Source of the DNA: Dehalococcoidia bacterium
GTDB lineage: Bacteria > Chloroflexota > Dehalococcoidia > JAUQQI01
DNA: 45,757 nt
NCBI GenBank assembly: GCA_034432015.1
Contig: DAOUCL010000123.1
Coordinates: 1-45,757 of the forward strand
Direction: 5' to 3'
The notes beneath the pieces were generated by a model. It was not told where the DNA came from. It made no database searches and saw nothing but the letters and a program-made list of their open reading frames with translations. Position numbers and translations under genes: made by a program. Shown here in pieces: positions 34,898-45,050 of the stretch (its first letter is position 1; each line of letters starts with the position of its first letter).

Positions 34898-34933
34898 GCT
34901 AGTGCCGGGGCATTACGCCGGGGGAGGAAACCC

Positions 34934-36388
34934 ATGGCCGCAACGGGAAACGGCTCGCTGCTTACGGCCCTTCAGGCGGCGGTCGGCAGGGACGCCGTCC
35001 TTTACGATGCCGACGAGCTGACCGTTTACGAATACGACGGGGCCCTCGATAAGGCCCGCCCGGATTTTGTCGTTTTTCCCCGCACCGCCGACGAGGTGGC
35101 CGACCTGGTCAGGGTGTGCAACCGATACGGGGTCCCCTTTGTCGCCCGGGGGGCGGGGACGGGGCTGAGCGGCGGGGCGATTCCCGTAAAGGGCGGGGTT
35201 CTTATCGTCCTCACCCGGATGAACCGCATTCAGCAGGTGGACTACCTTAACCGGGTGGCCGTGGTGGAGCCCGGGGTCATTAATATCGCCGTCACCGAAG
35301 AGGTGGCCCCCGACGGCTATTACTACGCCCCGGACCCCTCCAGCCAGAAAGCCTGCACTATCGGGGGCAATGTAGCCGAAAATTCGGGCGGTCCCCACTG
35401 CCTCGCCTACGGGGTAACCACCAACCACGTCCTGGCCCTGGATATCGTCCTGCCCGACGGCACCCCGGTCCACGTGGGCGGGCCGGCCCCCGACTGGCCG
35501 GGCTACGACCTTACCGGGGTCCTCACCGGGTCGGAGGGAACCCTGGCCATCTTCACCCGGGCCTGGCTCCGGCTGATGCGCCAGCCCGAGGCGGTCCGGA
35601 CCTTCCTGGCCATCTTCGATCGGCTGGACGACGCCTCGGAGACGGTGTCGGATATTATCGGCCACGGCATCGTCCCGGCCGCCCTGGAGATGATGGACCG
35701 GCTCACCATCCAGGCGGTGGAGCCGGCGGTGAAGGCCGGCTACCCCCCCGAAGCCGAAGCGGTCCTGCTGATCGAGGTGGAGGGGCTGCGGGAGGCGGTG
35801 GATGTCCAGGCGGACCTTATTCGGCAGGTCTGCCAGGCCCACCGGGCCCGGGAGATTTGGGAGGCCGACAATCCGGAGGCCCGGGAGCGGCTCTGGGCCG
35901 GCCGAAAGGGGGCCCTGGGTGCCCTGGGCCGGCTGGCTCCCAACTACTGCCTCCAGGACGGGGTGGTTCCCCGGACGAAACTGCCCTGGATTCTGCGGCG
36001 GGTGGCCGAGCACGGCGAAAGGTATGGGTTTAAAATCGCCAACGTCTTCCACGCCGGCGACGGTAACCTCCACCCGTGCATCCTCTTCGACGAGCGGGAG
36101 CCCGGGGCCAAGGAGCGGGTCCTGGAGTGCGCCGGGGCCATCCTCCGGGACTGCGTCGACGTGGGCGGCAGCATCACCGGGGAGCACGGGGTCGGCCTTG
36201 AGAAGCAGAACTGGATGCCCTGGCTCTTTACTGAGGCCGACTTAGAAGCCATGGCCCGGCTTAAGCGGTGCTTTAACCCGAAAGACCTGCTCAACCCGGG
36301 CAAGGTCTTTCCCACCACCAAATCCTGCGTGGAATTGAGCGGGGACGTCCTCGAAAAAGCCGAAAAGTTGGGGATTCCCCTCGTCTGA
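34934..36388 (+). CDS. glcD: Glycolate oxidase subunit GlcD (FAD-linked oxidase)
   Basis: 484 aa. FAD-binding PCMH domain (FVARGAGTGLSGGAIP) and C-terminal GSITGEHGVG. Followed by the glcE and glcF homologs. Confidence 0.9.
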   Translation: MAATGNGSLLTALQAAVGRDAVLYDADELTVYEYDGALDKARPDFVVFPRTADEVADLVRVCNRYGVPFVARGAGTGLSGGAIPVKGGVLIVLTRMNRIQQVDYLNRVAVVEPGVINIAVTEEVAPDGYYYAPDPSSQKACTIGGNVAENSGGPHCLAYGVTTNHVLALDIVLPDGTPVHVGGPAPDWPGYDLTGVLTGSEGTLAIFTRAWLRLMRQPEAVRTFLAIFDRLDDASETVSDIIGHGIVPAALEMMDRLTIQAVEPAVKAGYPPEAEAVLLIEVEGLREAVDVQADLIRQVCQAHRAREIWEADNPEARERLWAGRKGALGALGRLAPNYCLQDGVVPRTKLPWILRRVAEHGERYGFKIANVFHAGDGNLHPCILFDEREPGAKERVLECAGAILRDCVDVGGSITGEHGVGLEKQNWMPWLFTEADLEAMARLKRCFNPKDLLNPGKVFPTTKSCVELSGDVLEKAEKLGIPLV

Positions 36389-37695
36389 TGGGCCGGATCA
36401 CCTTTAAGGACCTGGAAAGCCTTTTGCCCGACCTGGAAATCAAACCGGCCGGGCCCGACCTGGCCGTGGACGGGCGGCCGCCGGCGGCTGCCGCCTTTCC
36501 CCGAAACCGGGAGGAGGTGGCCGCCCTCCTGAAGCTGGCCTGGGACCGGGAGCTGGGGGTTTGCCCCCGGGGCGGCGGGGTGTATGCCCACCTGGGAAAC
36601 CCGCCCCGGCGCCTGGACCTGGTGGTGGTCACTGCCGGCCTTGACCGGGTGGTGGAGTATGAGCCGGCCGACCTTACGGCCGTGCTGGAGGCGGGCCTAA
36701 CCCTGGCCCGGGTCCAGGAGATTCTGGGCCAGAACAACCAGTTTCTACCGCTGGACCCCCCCTGCCCCGGGCGGGCAACCCTGGGCGGGATTCTGGCCGC
36801 CAACCAGAGCGGCCCCCTTCGCCTGGGCTACGGCACCGCCCGGGATATCGTCATTGGCACCAGGGCGGTCCTAGCCGACGGCACCCTGATAAAGGGCGGG
36901 GGGAAGGTGGTAAAAAACGTTGCCGGCTACGATTTAAACAAGCTCTTTATCGGCTCCTTGGGAACGGTCGGAATCATCGTTGAGGCCGCCTTTAAGGTTT
37001 ACCCGAGGCCCCAGGCCTGGGGAACGGCCGTGGGCCGCTTTAAGACCCCCGAGGCGGCCTGGGACGCCGTCTGGCGCCTGCGCCGGAGCGTCTTTGAGCC
37101 GGTGGCCCTGGAGCTTCTGGGGGGTTCCCTGGGGCCGGGGCTGTCGGCCGATGGCTGGGGCCTGTACGCCCGCTACGCCGGCTACGGGCCGGCAGTGGCC
37201 CGGCAGGTTCGGGAAACCTGCGCCATCTTCGGGGCGGCGGGTGGGGAGGCCGAAAGCCTGCCCGATGCCGAAGAGGCCTTCTGGCCGCTCCTGCGGGAAC
37301 TGCCGGTGACCTGGCGGGCGGGGTGGGGGGTCGGGGCGGTCGTTAAGGCCGGGATGCTTCCCACCCGGCTTCCCCAGTTCATGGCCGCGGCCGAGGCCGC
37401 CTTCGGGGGGCGGGGACTGGCCTGGGGCTGGGTGGTCCGGGCCGGGGTGGGCTTGGCCTACGGGTACTTGGAAGCCCCCGACCAGCCGACCCTGGGCGCG
37501 GCCGTCGAAGCCGCCCGGGCCGCCGCCCGGGAGCTCGGGGGCTACCTGGTGGTGGAGCGGGCCGACCCCGACCTTAAGGCCGCCCTCGACGTCTGGGGTC
37601 CCATCGGCCCGGAGCTGGAGCTTATGCGCCGAATTAAGGCCGAATTCGACCCCAAAGGCATCCTTAATCCCGGCCGTTTCGTCGGCGGAATCTAG
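36388..37695 (+). CDS. glcE: Glycolate oxidase FAD-binding subunit GlcE
   Basis: 435 aa. FAD-binding type-4 domain (PRGGGVYAHLG, VKNVAGYDLNKLFIGSLGT). ATGA-type overlap with glcD. Confidence 0.85.
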   Translation: MGRITFKDLESLLPDLEIKPAGPDLAVDGRPPAAAAFPRNREEVAALLKLAWDRELGVCPRGGGVYAHLGNPPRRLDLVVVTAGLDRVVEYEPADLTAVLEAGLTLARVQEILGQNNQFLPLDPPCPGRATLGGILAANQSGPLRLGYGTARDIVIGTRAVLADGTLIKGGGKVVKNVAGYDLNKLFIGSLGTVGIIVEAAFKVYPRPQAWGTAVGRFKTPEAAWDAVWRLRRSVFEPVALELLGGSLGPGLSADGWGLYARYAGYGPAVARQVRETCAIFGAAGGEAESLPDAEEAFWPLLRELPVTWRAGWGVGAVVKAGMLPTRLPQFMAAAEAAFGGRGLAWGWVVRAGVGLAYGYLEAPDQPTLGAAVEAARAAARELGGYLVVERADPDLKAALDVWGPIGPELELMRRIKAEFDPKGILNPGRFVGGI

Positions 37696-37707
37696 CGAGG
37701 TTTTAAA

Positions 37708-39027
37708 ATGGCCCGAAAAGGCTTTGCCGGACCCGAACAGCCCCTTATTGACGACCTGGTTAGGTGCGTCCACTGCGGCCTCTGCCTTAACTACTGCCCC
37801 ACCTACCGGGTAACCCGCCTGGAAACCGAGTCCCCCCGGGGCCGGATCTACCTGGCCCGGGCGGTGGCCGAGGGCCGCCTGGAGCTTAACGACGACGTCA
37901 TCGAGCACTGGGACTACTGCCTGGCCTGCCGCACCTGCGAGGCCGTCTGCCCGTCGGGGGTTCCCTACGGGCGAATTATCGAGCGGGTAAGGGTCCAGGT
38001 GATGCGGCACCACCCCGGTCCCCTTTCTAAAAGGCTCTTTCACTGGCTGGCCTTCAAGCAGCTCTTCCCCCACCTGGGGCGGCTCCGGCTGCTGGCCCGG
38101 CTCCTGCGCCTTTACCAGCGGAGCGGCCTGGGGCCCTTCGTCGAAAGGCTTCTTCCCCGCCGGCTCCGGGAGGTGCACGGCCTTATGCCGCCCCTACCGG
38201 ACCGGTTCTTCGAGCCCCCCGAGGTGGTCCCCGCCCGGGGGGAGCGGCGCTTTCGGGTCGGCATCCTCTCGGGCTGCGTTATGCCCCTCGTCTTCGCCGA
38301 GACCAATTGGGCCACCGTTCGGGTCCTGGCCGAAAACGGGTGCGAGGTGGTGATTCCCCGGGCCCAGGGCTGCTGCGGGGCCCTTAACGTCCACAATGGG
38401 GAGCGGGACGTGGCCCGGCAGATGGCCCGGCGTAACATCCTGGCCTTCGAAGGGGCCGGGGTCGACTACGTGGTGGTCAATTCGGCCGGGTGCGGGACCG
38501 CCATGAAAGAATACGGGGAGCTTTTCAGCGAGGTGGACGGCGGCTGGCGGGAGCGGGCCGAAGCCTTTGCGGCTAAGGTCTTCGACATAACCGAATTTTT
38601 GGTCAAGTTTGGCTTCCGGCGGCCGATGGTCCCCCTCTCCGGCCGGGTCACGTACCAGGATCCCTGCCACCTGGCCCACGCCCAGCGCATCCGGTCGGAG
38701 CCCCGCCAGATTATCCGGTCCATTCCGGGGGTGGAATTTATCGAGATGCGGGGGGCGGACATCTGCTGCGGCAGCGCCGGCAGCTACTCGGTGGTCCAGC
38801 CGGAGCTTTCCCGCCTCATCCTGGCGGAAAAGCTGGAAGCCGTCCGGCGGACCGGGGCCGATATAATCGCCACGGCCAACCCGGGGTGTCAGCTTCAGCT
38901 GATGGCCGGGGTCCGCCAGGCCGGCCTCCGGGCCGAGGTGGTCCACGTGGTGGAGCTTTTGGACCGGGGTTACCGGGCCGAGCAGGGCGCGCCGGTGGGG
39001 CAGGCCGCTGAAATTTTGACCCATTAA
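37708..39027 (+). CDS. glcF: Glycolate oxidase iron-sulfur subunit GlcF
   Basis: 439 aa. Two 4Fe-4S ferredoxin motifs (CVHCGLCLNYCP and CLACRTCEAVCP) and two CCG domains (NSAGCGT and CCGSAG...NPGC). Confidence 0.88.
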   Translation: MARKGFAGPEQPLIDDLVRCVHCGLCLNYCPTYRVTRLETESPRGRIYLARAVAEGRLELNDDVIEHWDYCLACRTCEAVCPSGVPYGRIIERVRVQVMRHHPGPLSKRLFHWLAFKQLFPHLGRLRLLARLLRLYQRSGLGPFVERLLPRRLREVHGLMPPLPDRFFEPPEVVPARGERRFRVGILSGCVMPLVFAETNWATVRVLAENGCEVVIPRAQGCCGALNVHNGERDVARQMARRNILAFEGAGVDYVVVNSAGCGTAMKEYGELFSEVDGGWRERAEAFAAKVFDITEFLVKFGFRRPMVPLSGRVTYQDPCHLAHAQRIRSEPRQIIRSIPGVEFIEMRGADICCGSAGSYSVVQPELSRLILAEKLEAVRRTGADIIATANPGCQLQLMAGVRQAGLRAEVVHVVELLDRGYRAEQGAPVGQAAEILTH

Positions 39028-39040
39028 GGAGGTATTTCCG

Positions 39041-39547
39041 GTGCTCTCGGAACGGATGCAGGCTGAGCTGAACGAACAGCTCAACGTGGAGCTTTACTCG
39101 GCCTACACTTACCTTTCGATGGCCGCCTATTTTGAAGAACAAAACTTTCCCGGCTTCGGCAAGTGGCTCCGGGTCCAGGCCAAGGAGGAGCTGGGCCACG
39201 CCCTGCGCTGTTTTAACTTCATCATCGACCGGGGCGGTAAGGTTTTGTTAAAGGCCATCGACCAGCCGCCCGGGGACTTTTCTTCCCCGGTGGAGGTTTT
39301 TCGGCAGGCCCTGGCCCACGAGGAGAAGGTAACGGCCCTCATCTACCGGCGTTATACGGCCGCCGTCGAAGAGAACGACTACGCCAGCCAGACCTTCCTT
39401 CACTGGTTCATAAACGAGCAGGTGGAGGAGGAAAAGCTGCTCGCCCAGACCCTGGCCATGGTGGAGCGGGCCGCCGGCGATTCGGCGGCGATGCTGGTCC
39501 TTGACCGGGAACTGGCCGGCCGGTCCGAAGAATCTGAAACGGGGTAG
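39041..39547 (+). CDS. ftn: Ferritin (non-haem, Ftn type)
   Basis: 168 aa. Contains LNEQLNVELYSAYTYLSMAAYF and AKEELGHA (ferroxidase-centre Glu/His). Confidence 0.9.
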   Translation: MLSERMQAELNEQLNVELYSAYTYLSMAAYFEEQNFPGFGKWLRVQAKEELGHALRCFNFIIDRGGKVLLKAIDQPPGDFSSPVEVFRQALAHEEKVTALIYRRYTAAVEENDYASQTFLHWFINEQVEEEKLLAQTLAMVERAAGDSAAMLVLDRELAGRSEESETG

Positions 39548-39563
39548 CCGCGGGAAAGGCGGG

Positions 39564-40604
39564 GTGGACCTGGTCCGGCTGCTGCGGAAGCTGGTTGCCT
39601 GCCCCACCGACCGGGAAGCTTACGGCCTCCAGCTCTGGGTTGCCGACCTGCTTGCGGACCTGGGATTTGACGTCTCCCTTCACGAGGTAACCCCGGGCAA
39701 GCCCGCCCTGTACGGGGTCAGGGGGGATGGGGAGCTCCTGCTCTGCTCCCACATCGACACCGTGCCCCCCCTCGACCACCCGGACCCCTTCCGCCTCCGG
39801 CAAGAGGGAAACCGCCTGGTGGGCCGGGGTGCCCTGGACGCCAAGGGGCAGGTGGCGGCTATCCTCCGGGCGGTGGAACTTACCCGGGCCCCCTGTCAGG
39901 TGCTGTTCACCGCCGACGAGGAAAACGACGCCTTCGGCTCGGAGCGGACGCCCCTTTCGGCCCGGGCGGCGGTGGTACTGGAGCCGACCCGCTTCGAGCT
40001 GGCCATCGCCCAGGCCGGCTACGTTGAGGCGGAAATCACCGTGCCCGGGACCTCAGGCCACGGGGTCTTCGCCGACCGGCTGGAAAATGCCATCCTCAAG
40101 GCCCTGGGGGCCCTTAAAGAGCTTGCCCGATTGCCGGTAACGGCCGCCACCCACCCCCTCATTCCGGGGGGCTGGGTTAACCCCGGCCGGATTGAGGGCG
40201 GGGTCGGACCCCTGATGGTGCCTTGGGAGTGCCGGGTCGAGCTCGATGTGGGGGTGCTTCCGCCCCGAACGGCCGCCGACGCCATCGCCGAGCTTTCGGC
40301 CTGGGCCGAAAGCCGGGGCTTCGGCTTTAAGGTCCTGGACCAGAGCGACCCCTTCCAACTGGACCCGGCGGAGCCGGTGGTCAAGAAACTTCTTGACGCG
40401 GCCGGGGCCGTCCTGGGCCGGCGGCCGGCCATAACCGGCTACCGGGCCTGGACGGACGCCGAAAACCTAAACCGGCGGGGCATTCCCGCCGTCATCTTTG
40501 GGGCCGGTGACCTGGTCCACGCCCATTCCGGGTACGAATGGGTCGGCTTGGACGAGCTGGCAAAGCTTAGTGAGATTCTTGCCCGGTTGGTTTCGGACTG
40601 GTAA
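39564..40604 (+). CDS. M20-family metallopeptidase/deacylase (ArgE/DapE/CPG2-like)
   Basis: Contains SHIDTVP, GRGALDAKG and DEENDAFG (metal ligands), and a C-terminal HAHSGYEWV. I chose the GTG at 39564 (GAAAGG RBS), because the track start at 39501 overlaps the ferritin gene. Confidence 0.8.
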   Translation: MDLVRLLRKLVACPTDREAYGLQLWVADLLADLGFDVSLHEVTPGKPALYGVRGDGELLLCSHIDTVPPLDHPDPFRLRQEGNRLVGRGALDAKGQVAAILRAVELTRAPCQVLFTADEENDAFGSERTPLSARAAVVLEPTRFELAIAQAGYVEAEITVPGTSGHGVFADRLENAILKALGALKELARLPVTAATHPLIPGGWVNPGRIEGGVGPLMVPWECRVELDVGVLPPRTAADAIAELSAWAESRGFGFKVLDQSDPFQLDPAEPVVKKLLDAAGAVLGRRPAITGYRAWTDAENLNRRGIPAVIFGAGDLVHAHSGYEWVGLDELAKLSEILARLVSDW

Positions 40605-41067
40605 GGTCCTTGACCATCCGGACCCAGATCCGCCACTGCCCGACCCGCTTAAACCCGAATTTTTCGTAAAGCCTTATCGCCCCCTCGTTGTGCTCCCCGA
40701 CCCAGAGGTCGAGCTTGTCCCGGCCGCGCCGGCGGGCGTATTCCTCGGCCGCCTCGAGCAACTTGCGGCCGATGCCCCGGCCCTGGTATTCGGGGTGAAC
40801 CACCAACTCGTGGAGTTCGGCCATCAGGTCGCCCCGCCAGTCGTACCACTCCCCGTGGACGGCGGCAAAGGCCACCGGCCGGCCGTCGTCAAAGACGACG
40901 AAAAAGCCTTTGGGGTCGCCCCGGTAAAGCCAGGTCAAATAGCCTTCGACCTCCCCCGGCCGGGCCTCGGCGTACTCGGGCATACTCCGGTAGGCCAGCT
41001 CATAGATTTCCACCAGCTTGGGCAAAAGGCGGCGGAACTGTCGGCTGTTGGGAACAACGATTCTCAT
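40567..41067 (-). CDS. GNAT-family N-acetyltransferase
   Basis: About 166 aa starting from the internal Met (complement of 41065..41067). Contains the acetyl-CoA motif QGRGIGRKLLEAAEEYARRRG and YEKFGFKRVG. The 3' end overlaps the convergent M20 gene by 38 nt. Confidence 0.8.
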   Translation of the reverse strand: MRIVVPNSRQFRRLLPKLVEIYELAYRSMPEYAEARPGEVEGYLTWLYRGDPKGFFVVFDDGRPVAFAAVHGEWYDWRGDLMAELHELVVHPEYQGRGIGRKLLEAAEEYARRRGRDKLDLWVGEHNEGAIRLYEKFGFKRVGQWRIWVRMVKDLTSPKPTGQESH

Positions 41068-41082
41068 CGAGGATGTATACTT

Positions 41083-41088
41083 TATAAT
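41083..41088 (+). promoter_or_regulatory. Putative -10 box (TATAAT) for rny
   Basis: TATAAT at 41083..41088 in the 104 bp divergent gap. A GAGGTGG RBS precedes the ATG at 41172. Confidence 0.3.
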
Positions 41089-41171
41089 AGGGTCCGTTTG
41101 AATGGGATACCTGGTTTTAACGCCCTTTTTCGGACCTGCAAATCCCAACTCAGTAGGCGAGGTGGAAAACG

Positions 41172-42701
41172 ATGGAGACGTTGTTGTGGTTGTTCCTCCT
41201 CGCCCTGGCACTGCTGGCTGGCGGAGCGGCCGGATTTTTCGGCCGTCAAATTATAACCGGTCGGAGGGTTCACGCTGCAGAGCAGGCGGCAAATCGGCTG
41301 ATCGCCGAAGCCAGGGCGAAGCAGAAGGAGATCTTACTTGAGGCTAAAGACGAGGCCATTCGGGTCCGCAACCAGGTTGAGGCGGAGCTGAGGGAGCGGC
41401 GGGCGGAGCTTCAGCGGCAGGAGCGGCGGCTGGCCCAGAAGGAGGAGAGCCTAGAGCGCCGCGCCGAAGCCCTCGAGCGGCGGGAGCGGGCCCTAACCCA
41501 GCGGGAGCGGGAGATTGAGGCCCTGCGGGCCCAGGCCGAACAGCTGGTAACCCGCCAGCAGAAGGAGCTGGAGCGGGTCGCCGGCCTGAGCCGGGAAGAA
41601 GCCAAGCAGCTCCTGCTCCAGTCGGTGGAGGCCGAGGCCCGGGACGAAGCCGCCCGGCTGGTGCGCCAGATCGAACAGGAGGCCCGGGAAGAGGGTGAAC
41701 GTCGGGCCCGTGCCATCCTGGCCACCGCCATGCAGCGGCTGGCCGCCGAGGTGACTTCGGAGCTTACGGTCTCGGTGGTCCCCCTCCCAAATGAGGAGAT
41801 GAAGGGGCGGATCATCGGCCGGGAGGGCCGCAATATCCGGGCGCTGGAGAACGCCACCGGGGTGGACATCGTCATCGACGAGACCCCGGACTGCGTTACC
41901 CTTTCGGGGTTCGACCCGGTCCGCCGGGAGGTGGCCCGTATCGCCCTGACCCGCCTCATCAGCGACGGCCGGATCCACCCGGCCCGGATCGAGGAGGTGG
42001 TGGCCAAGGCCCGGCAGGAGGTGGAGGCCAGTCTCCTTGAGGACGGCCAGCAGGCGGCCGCCGAGGTCGGGGTGACCGGCCTGCCCTCCGAGGTTCTGCG
42101 GACCCTGGGGCGGCTCAAGTACCGCTACAGCTACGGGCAGAACGTCTACTACCACAGCATCGAGTGTGCCAAGCTGGCCGGCCTCATCGCCAGCGAAATC
42201 GGGGCGGACGTGGACCTGGCTAAGAAGGGGGCCCTGCTCCACGACATCGGCAAGGCCCTCGACCAGGAGTTCGAAGGACCCCACGCCTTGGTGGGGGCCG
42301 AGTTCTGCCGTAAGCATGGGGTCTCGGCTAAGGTGGTTAACTGCATCGCCGCCCACCACGGGGACGAGGAGCCAGCCACCGTCGAGGCGGTTATCGTGGC
42401 CATCGCCGACGCCATCTCCGGTAGCCGGCCGGGCGCCCGCCGGGAGTCGCTGGAGCACTACATCCGGCGCATCGAGGCCCTGGAGAAGATCGCCACCTCC
42501 TTTGAGGGGGTGGAGAAGGCCTACGCCATTCAGGCTGGCCGGGAGGTGCGCATCATCGTCAAGCCGGAGGTGGTGGACGACCTGGCGGCCATGCGCCTGG
42601 CCCGGGATATCGCCCGGCGGCTCGAGGAGAGCCTGGAATATCCCGGCCAGATTAAGGTGACCGTCATCCGGGAGACCCGGGCCGTCGACGTTGCCCGCTG
42701 A
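41172..42701 (+). CDS. rny: Ribonuclease Y
   Basis: 509 aa. N-terminal TM, a long coiled-coil, a KH domain ([15 protein letters not shown]) and an HD domain ([10 protein letters not shown]...LLHDIGKA). Confidence 0.96.
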   Translation: METLLWLFLLALALLAGGAAGFFGRQIITGRRVHAAEQAANRLIAEARAKQKEILLEAKDEAIRVRNQVEAELRERRAELQRQERRLAQKEESLERRAEALERRERALTQREREIEALRAQAEQLVTRQQKELERVAGLSREEAKQLLLQSVEAEARDEAARLVRQIEQEAREEGERRARAILATAMQRLAAEVTSELTVSVVPLPNEEMKGRIIGREGRNIRALENATGVDIVIDETPDCVTLSGFDPVRREVARIALTRLISDGRIHPARIEEVVAKARQEVEASLLEDGQQAAAEVGVTGLPSEVLRTLGRLKYRYSYGQNVYYHSIECAKLAGLIASEIGADVDLAKKGALLHDIGKALDQEFEGPHALVGAEFCRKHGVSAKVVNCIAAHHGDEEPATVEAVIVAIADAISGSRPGARRESLEHYIRRIEALEKIATSFEGVEKAYAIQAGREVRIIVKPEVVDDLAAMRLARDIARRLEESLEYPGQIKVTVIRETRAVDVAR

Positions 42702-43468
42702 TGCGCATCATGATGGTCGCCGATATCGTCGGACGGCCCGGCCGTGAGGCCGTCCGACGCCTCCTGCCGGTTCTCAGGCGGGAACACGGTATAAACCTGG
42801 TGGTCGCCAACGGCGAAAACGCCGCCGGCGGTCGGGGCCTGAGCCTGCCGACCGCCGGCGAGCTTTTTCAGGCCGGGGTCGACGTTATAACCCTGGGCAA
42901 CCACGCCTGGGCCCAGCGGGACCTGGTGGCCAAACTGGACCAGCTGGAGCGGGTAATCCGGCCCCTCAACTACCCCCCGGGAACCCCAGGCCGGGGCTAC
43001 ACCACGGTGGGCCCTGTAACGGTGGTAAACCTCATCGGTCGGGTCTTTATGGGAACTTACGACTGTCCTTTTCGGGCGATGGATGCCCTGCTGCCAAAGC
43101 TTTCGGGATCGCGTATTATCATAGTGGATTTTCACGCGGAGGCAACGGCGGAGAAGATGGCCCTGGGCTGGTACCTGGCCGGGCGGGTTTCGGCCGTCCT
43201 GGGCACCCACACCCACGTGGGGACAGTGGACACCCGGATCCTGCCCGGGGGCACGGCTTACGTCACCGACGTGGGCATGACGGGGCCCTGGAATTCGGTC
43301 ATTGGCCACGAGGTGAAAAAGGCAGTGGAACGGTTTCTCACGTTGCGGCCTGTAAGCGCCGAGGTCGCCGAAGGGCCGGCCGTCTTTAACTCGGTCGTCG
43401 TCGAGGTCGACGAGGCGAGCGGCCAGGCCCGGGCCATCTGGCGGCTTGACCGCATTGTTGGGGATTGA
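42701..43468 (+). CDS. ymdB: YmdB-like metallophosphoesterase (TIGR00282; 2',3'-cyclic-nucleotide phosphodiesterase)
   Basis: 255 aa. Contains MVADIVGRPGR, ANGENAAGGRG, DFHAEATAEK and GTHTHV. ATGA-type overlap with rny, the same order as in Bacillus. Confidence 0.9.
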   Translation: MRIMMVADIVGRPGREAVRRLLPVLRREHGINLVVANGENAAGGRGLSLPTAGELFQAGVDVITLGNHAWAQRDLVAKLDQLERVIRPLNYPPGTPGRGYTTVGPVTVVNLIGRVFMGTYDCPFRAMDALLPKLSGSRIIIVDFHAEATAEKMALGWYLAGRVSAVLGTHTHVGTVDTRILPGGTAYVTDVGMTGPWNSVIGHEVKKAVERFLTLRPVSAEVAEGPAVFNSVVVEVDEASGQARAIWRLDRIVGD

Positions 43469-43515
43469 CATCATAATTACACAGGGAGCAACATCCTGGC
43501 AGGGAGGTGCAAACC

Positions 43516-43776
43516 GTGCAGGTCCTAAAGGTCAAGGCAACGTCTAAGCCGACGGCGGTAGCCGGCGCCATCGCGGGGGTCATTCGGGAGCAGGGGCGTG
43601 CCGAGGTTCAGGCCATCGGGGCGGGTGCGGTCAACCAGGCCATCAAGGCCGTAGCCATCGCCCGGGGCTACGTGGCCTCCAGCGGCATCGACCTCATCTG
43701 CATCCCGGCCTTCACGGATGTTATGATTAATGACGGCCCCCGGACGGCCATCAAGCTTATCGTCGAACCCAGGTAG
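43516..43776 (+). CDS. spoVS: Stage V sporulation protein S family protein
   Basis: VQVLKVKATSKPTAVAGAIAGVIREQGRAEVQAIGAGAVNQAIKAVAIARGY...DLICIPAFTDV...TAIKLIVEPR is near-colinear with B. subtilis SpoVS. I chose the GTG at 43516, 8 nt after the GGGAGG RBS. Confidence 0.9.
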   Translation: MQVLKVKATSKPTAVAGAIAGVIREQGRAEVQAIGAGAVNQAIKAVAIARGYVASSGIDLICIPAFTDVMINDGPRTAIKLIVEPR

Positions 43777-44613
43777 ATGGGAGAAGTCGATTTACATTTA
43801 CACACCACCGCTTCCGACGGCCGGTTAACCCCTCAAGAGCTGGTAAAGCTCGCCGCCGACCGGGGCCTTAAGGTCATCGCCATCACCGACCACGACACCA
43901 CCGACGGCGTCCGGCCGGCCCAGGCGGCTGCCGCCAGGTTCGCCGACCTGCGGGTCATTCCCGGGGTGGAGCTGAGCGTTGACATCGCCGAGGCCGAGGT
44001 TCACCTGCTGGGCTACTGGGTCGATTTGGACAACCGGGAGTTTCAGCAGCTGCTCGCCTGGTCCCGGGACGGCCGGGTGAATCGGGCCCGCCGGATTTTA
44101 GAAAAGCTTGCCGAACTGGGCATGCCCGTCGAATGGGAGCGGGTTCGGGAGCTGGCGGGGGACGGGGCGGTGGGCCGGCCCCACATCGCCCAGGCCATGG
44201 TCGCGAAAGGGTATGTCTCCGACATCCGGGAAGCCTTCGAGCTTTACCTGGGTCGGGGTCGGCCGGCCTACGTGGAGCGGGAGCGGCTCACCCCCGAGCA
44301 GGGCATTCGGTCGGTCTTGGCGGTCGGGGGACTGCCGGTGCTGGCCCACCCGGCCGAAATCGAGGGCCTCGAAGGCCTCCTTCCGGGCTGGGTTGGGGCG
44401 GGGCTCGCCGGCATTGAGGTTTACTATGCCGGCTACACCCCGGAGGTGGTGGGGCGGCTTTTGGGGCTGGCCGACCACTACGGCCTCATCCCCACCGGCG
44501 GGACTGACTACCACGGTTTCGGGACCCCCCATGAGGTCCTGCCCGGGTCGGTAGATGTCCCCTGGGAGGTGGTGGACCGGCTGGTCAAGCGGCGTTTCCG
44601 GCTGGCGTCCTGA
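43777..44613 (+). CDS. PHP-domain metal-dependent phosphoesterase (TrpH/YciV, RNase AM-like)
   Basis: 278 aa. Contains [30 protein letters not shown] and GGTDYHG, the PHP metal-ligand motifs. Confidence 0.85.
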   Translation: MGEVDLHLHTTASDGRLTPQELVKLAADRGLKVIAITDHDTTDGVRPAQAAAARFADLRVIPGVELSVDIAEAEVHLLGYWVDLDNREFQQLLAWSRDGRVNRARRILEKLAELGMPVEWERVRELAGDGAVGRPHIAQAMVAKGYVSDIREAFELYLGRGRPAYVERERLTPEQGIRSVLAVGGLPVLAHPAEIEGLEGLLPGWVGAGLAGIEVYYAGYTPEVVGRLLGLADHYGLIPTGGTDYHGFGTPHEVLPGSVDVPWEVVDRLVKRRFRLAS

Positions 44614-45050
44614 TGGAGGTCGGCGAAATATTAAAAATCATCCCCCACCGCTACCCCTTTCTGCTGGTGGACCGGATCCTGGAGGTGGAGCCGGGACGCC
44701 GGGCGGTGGGCCTCAAGCAAGTGACTATCAACGAGCCCTTCTTTCAGGGCCACTTCCCCGGCCACCCTATCATGCCCGGGGTGCTCATCGTGGAGGCCCT
44801 GGCCCAGGTGGGGGCCGTCGCCGTGCTGAGCCTGCCCGAGAACCGGGATAAGCTGGCCCTCTTTGCCGGCATCGACAACTTCCGCTTCCGGCGGCCGGTG
44901 GTCCCCGGGGATTCCCTCCGGCTGGCGGTGGAGCTTACCCGGATGCGGGGGGCGGTGGGAAAGGGGCAGGCCCGGGCGCTGGTGGATGGGCAGGTGGTGG
45001 CCGACGGCGAGCTGATGTTCGCCCTCACCGAGTTTAATCTGGCCCGATGA
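44613..45050 (+). CDS. fabZ: 3-hydroxyacyl-ACP dehydratase FabZ
   Basis: 145 aa. Contains [17 protein letters not shown] and [25 protein letters not shown]. Confidence 0.94.
   Translation: MEVGEILKIIPHRYPFLLVDRILEVEPGRRAVGLKQVTINEPFFQGHFPGHPIMPGVLIVEALAQVGAVAVLSLPENRDKLALFAGIDNFRFRRPVVPGDSLRLAVELTRMRGAVGKGQARALVDGQVVADGELMFALTEFNLAR

Noticed and set aside
34913-36187. 424 aa minus-strand ORF antisense to glcD. Similar long shadow ORFs are 19647..20945 (+), 32107..33243 (-), 36934..38178 (-), 22415..23506 (-), 4862..6004 (+), 26273..27469 (+), 14230..15282 (-) and 38194..39084 (-).
   Set aside because: All lie antisense to, or out of frame with, genes that have clear family signatures. Their translations are Gly/Pro/Arg/Ala-rich low-complexity sequence without motifs, which is the expected stop-codon-poor artefact of very high GC content.
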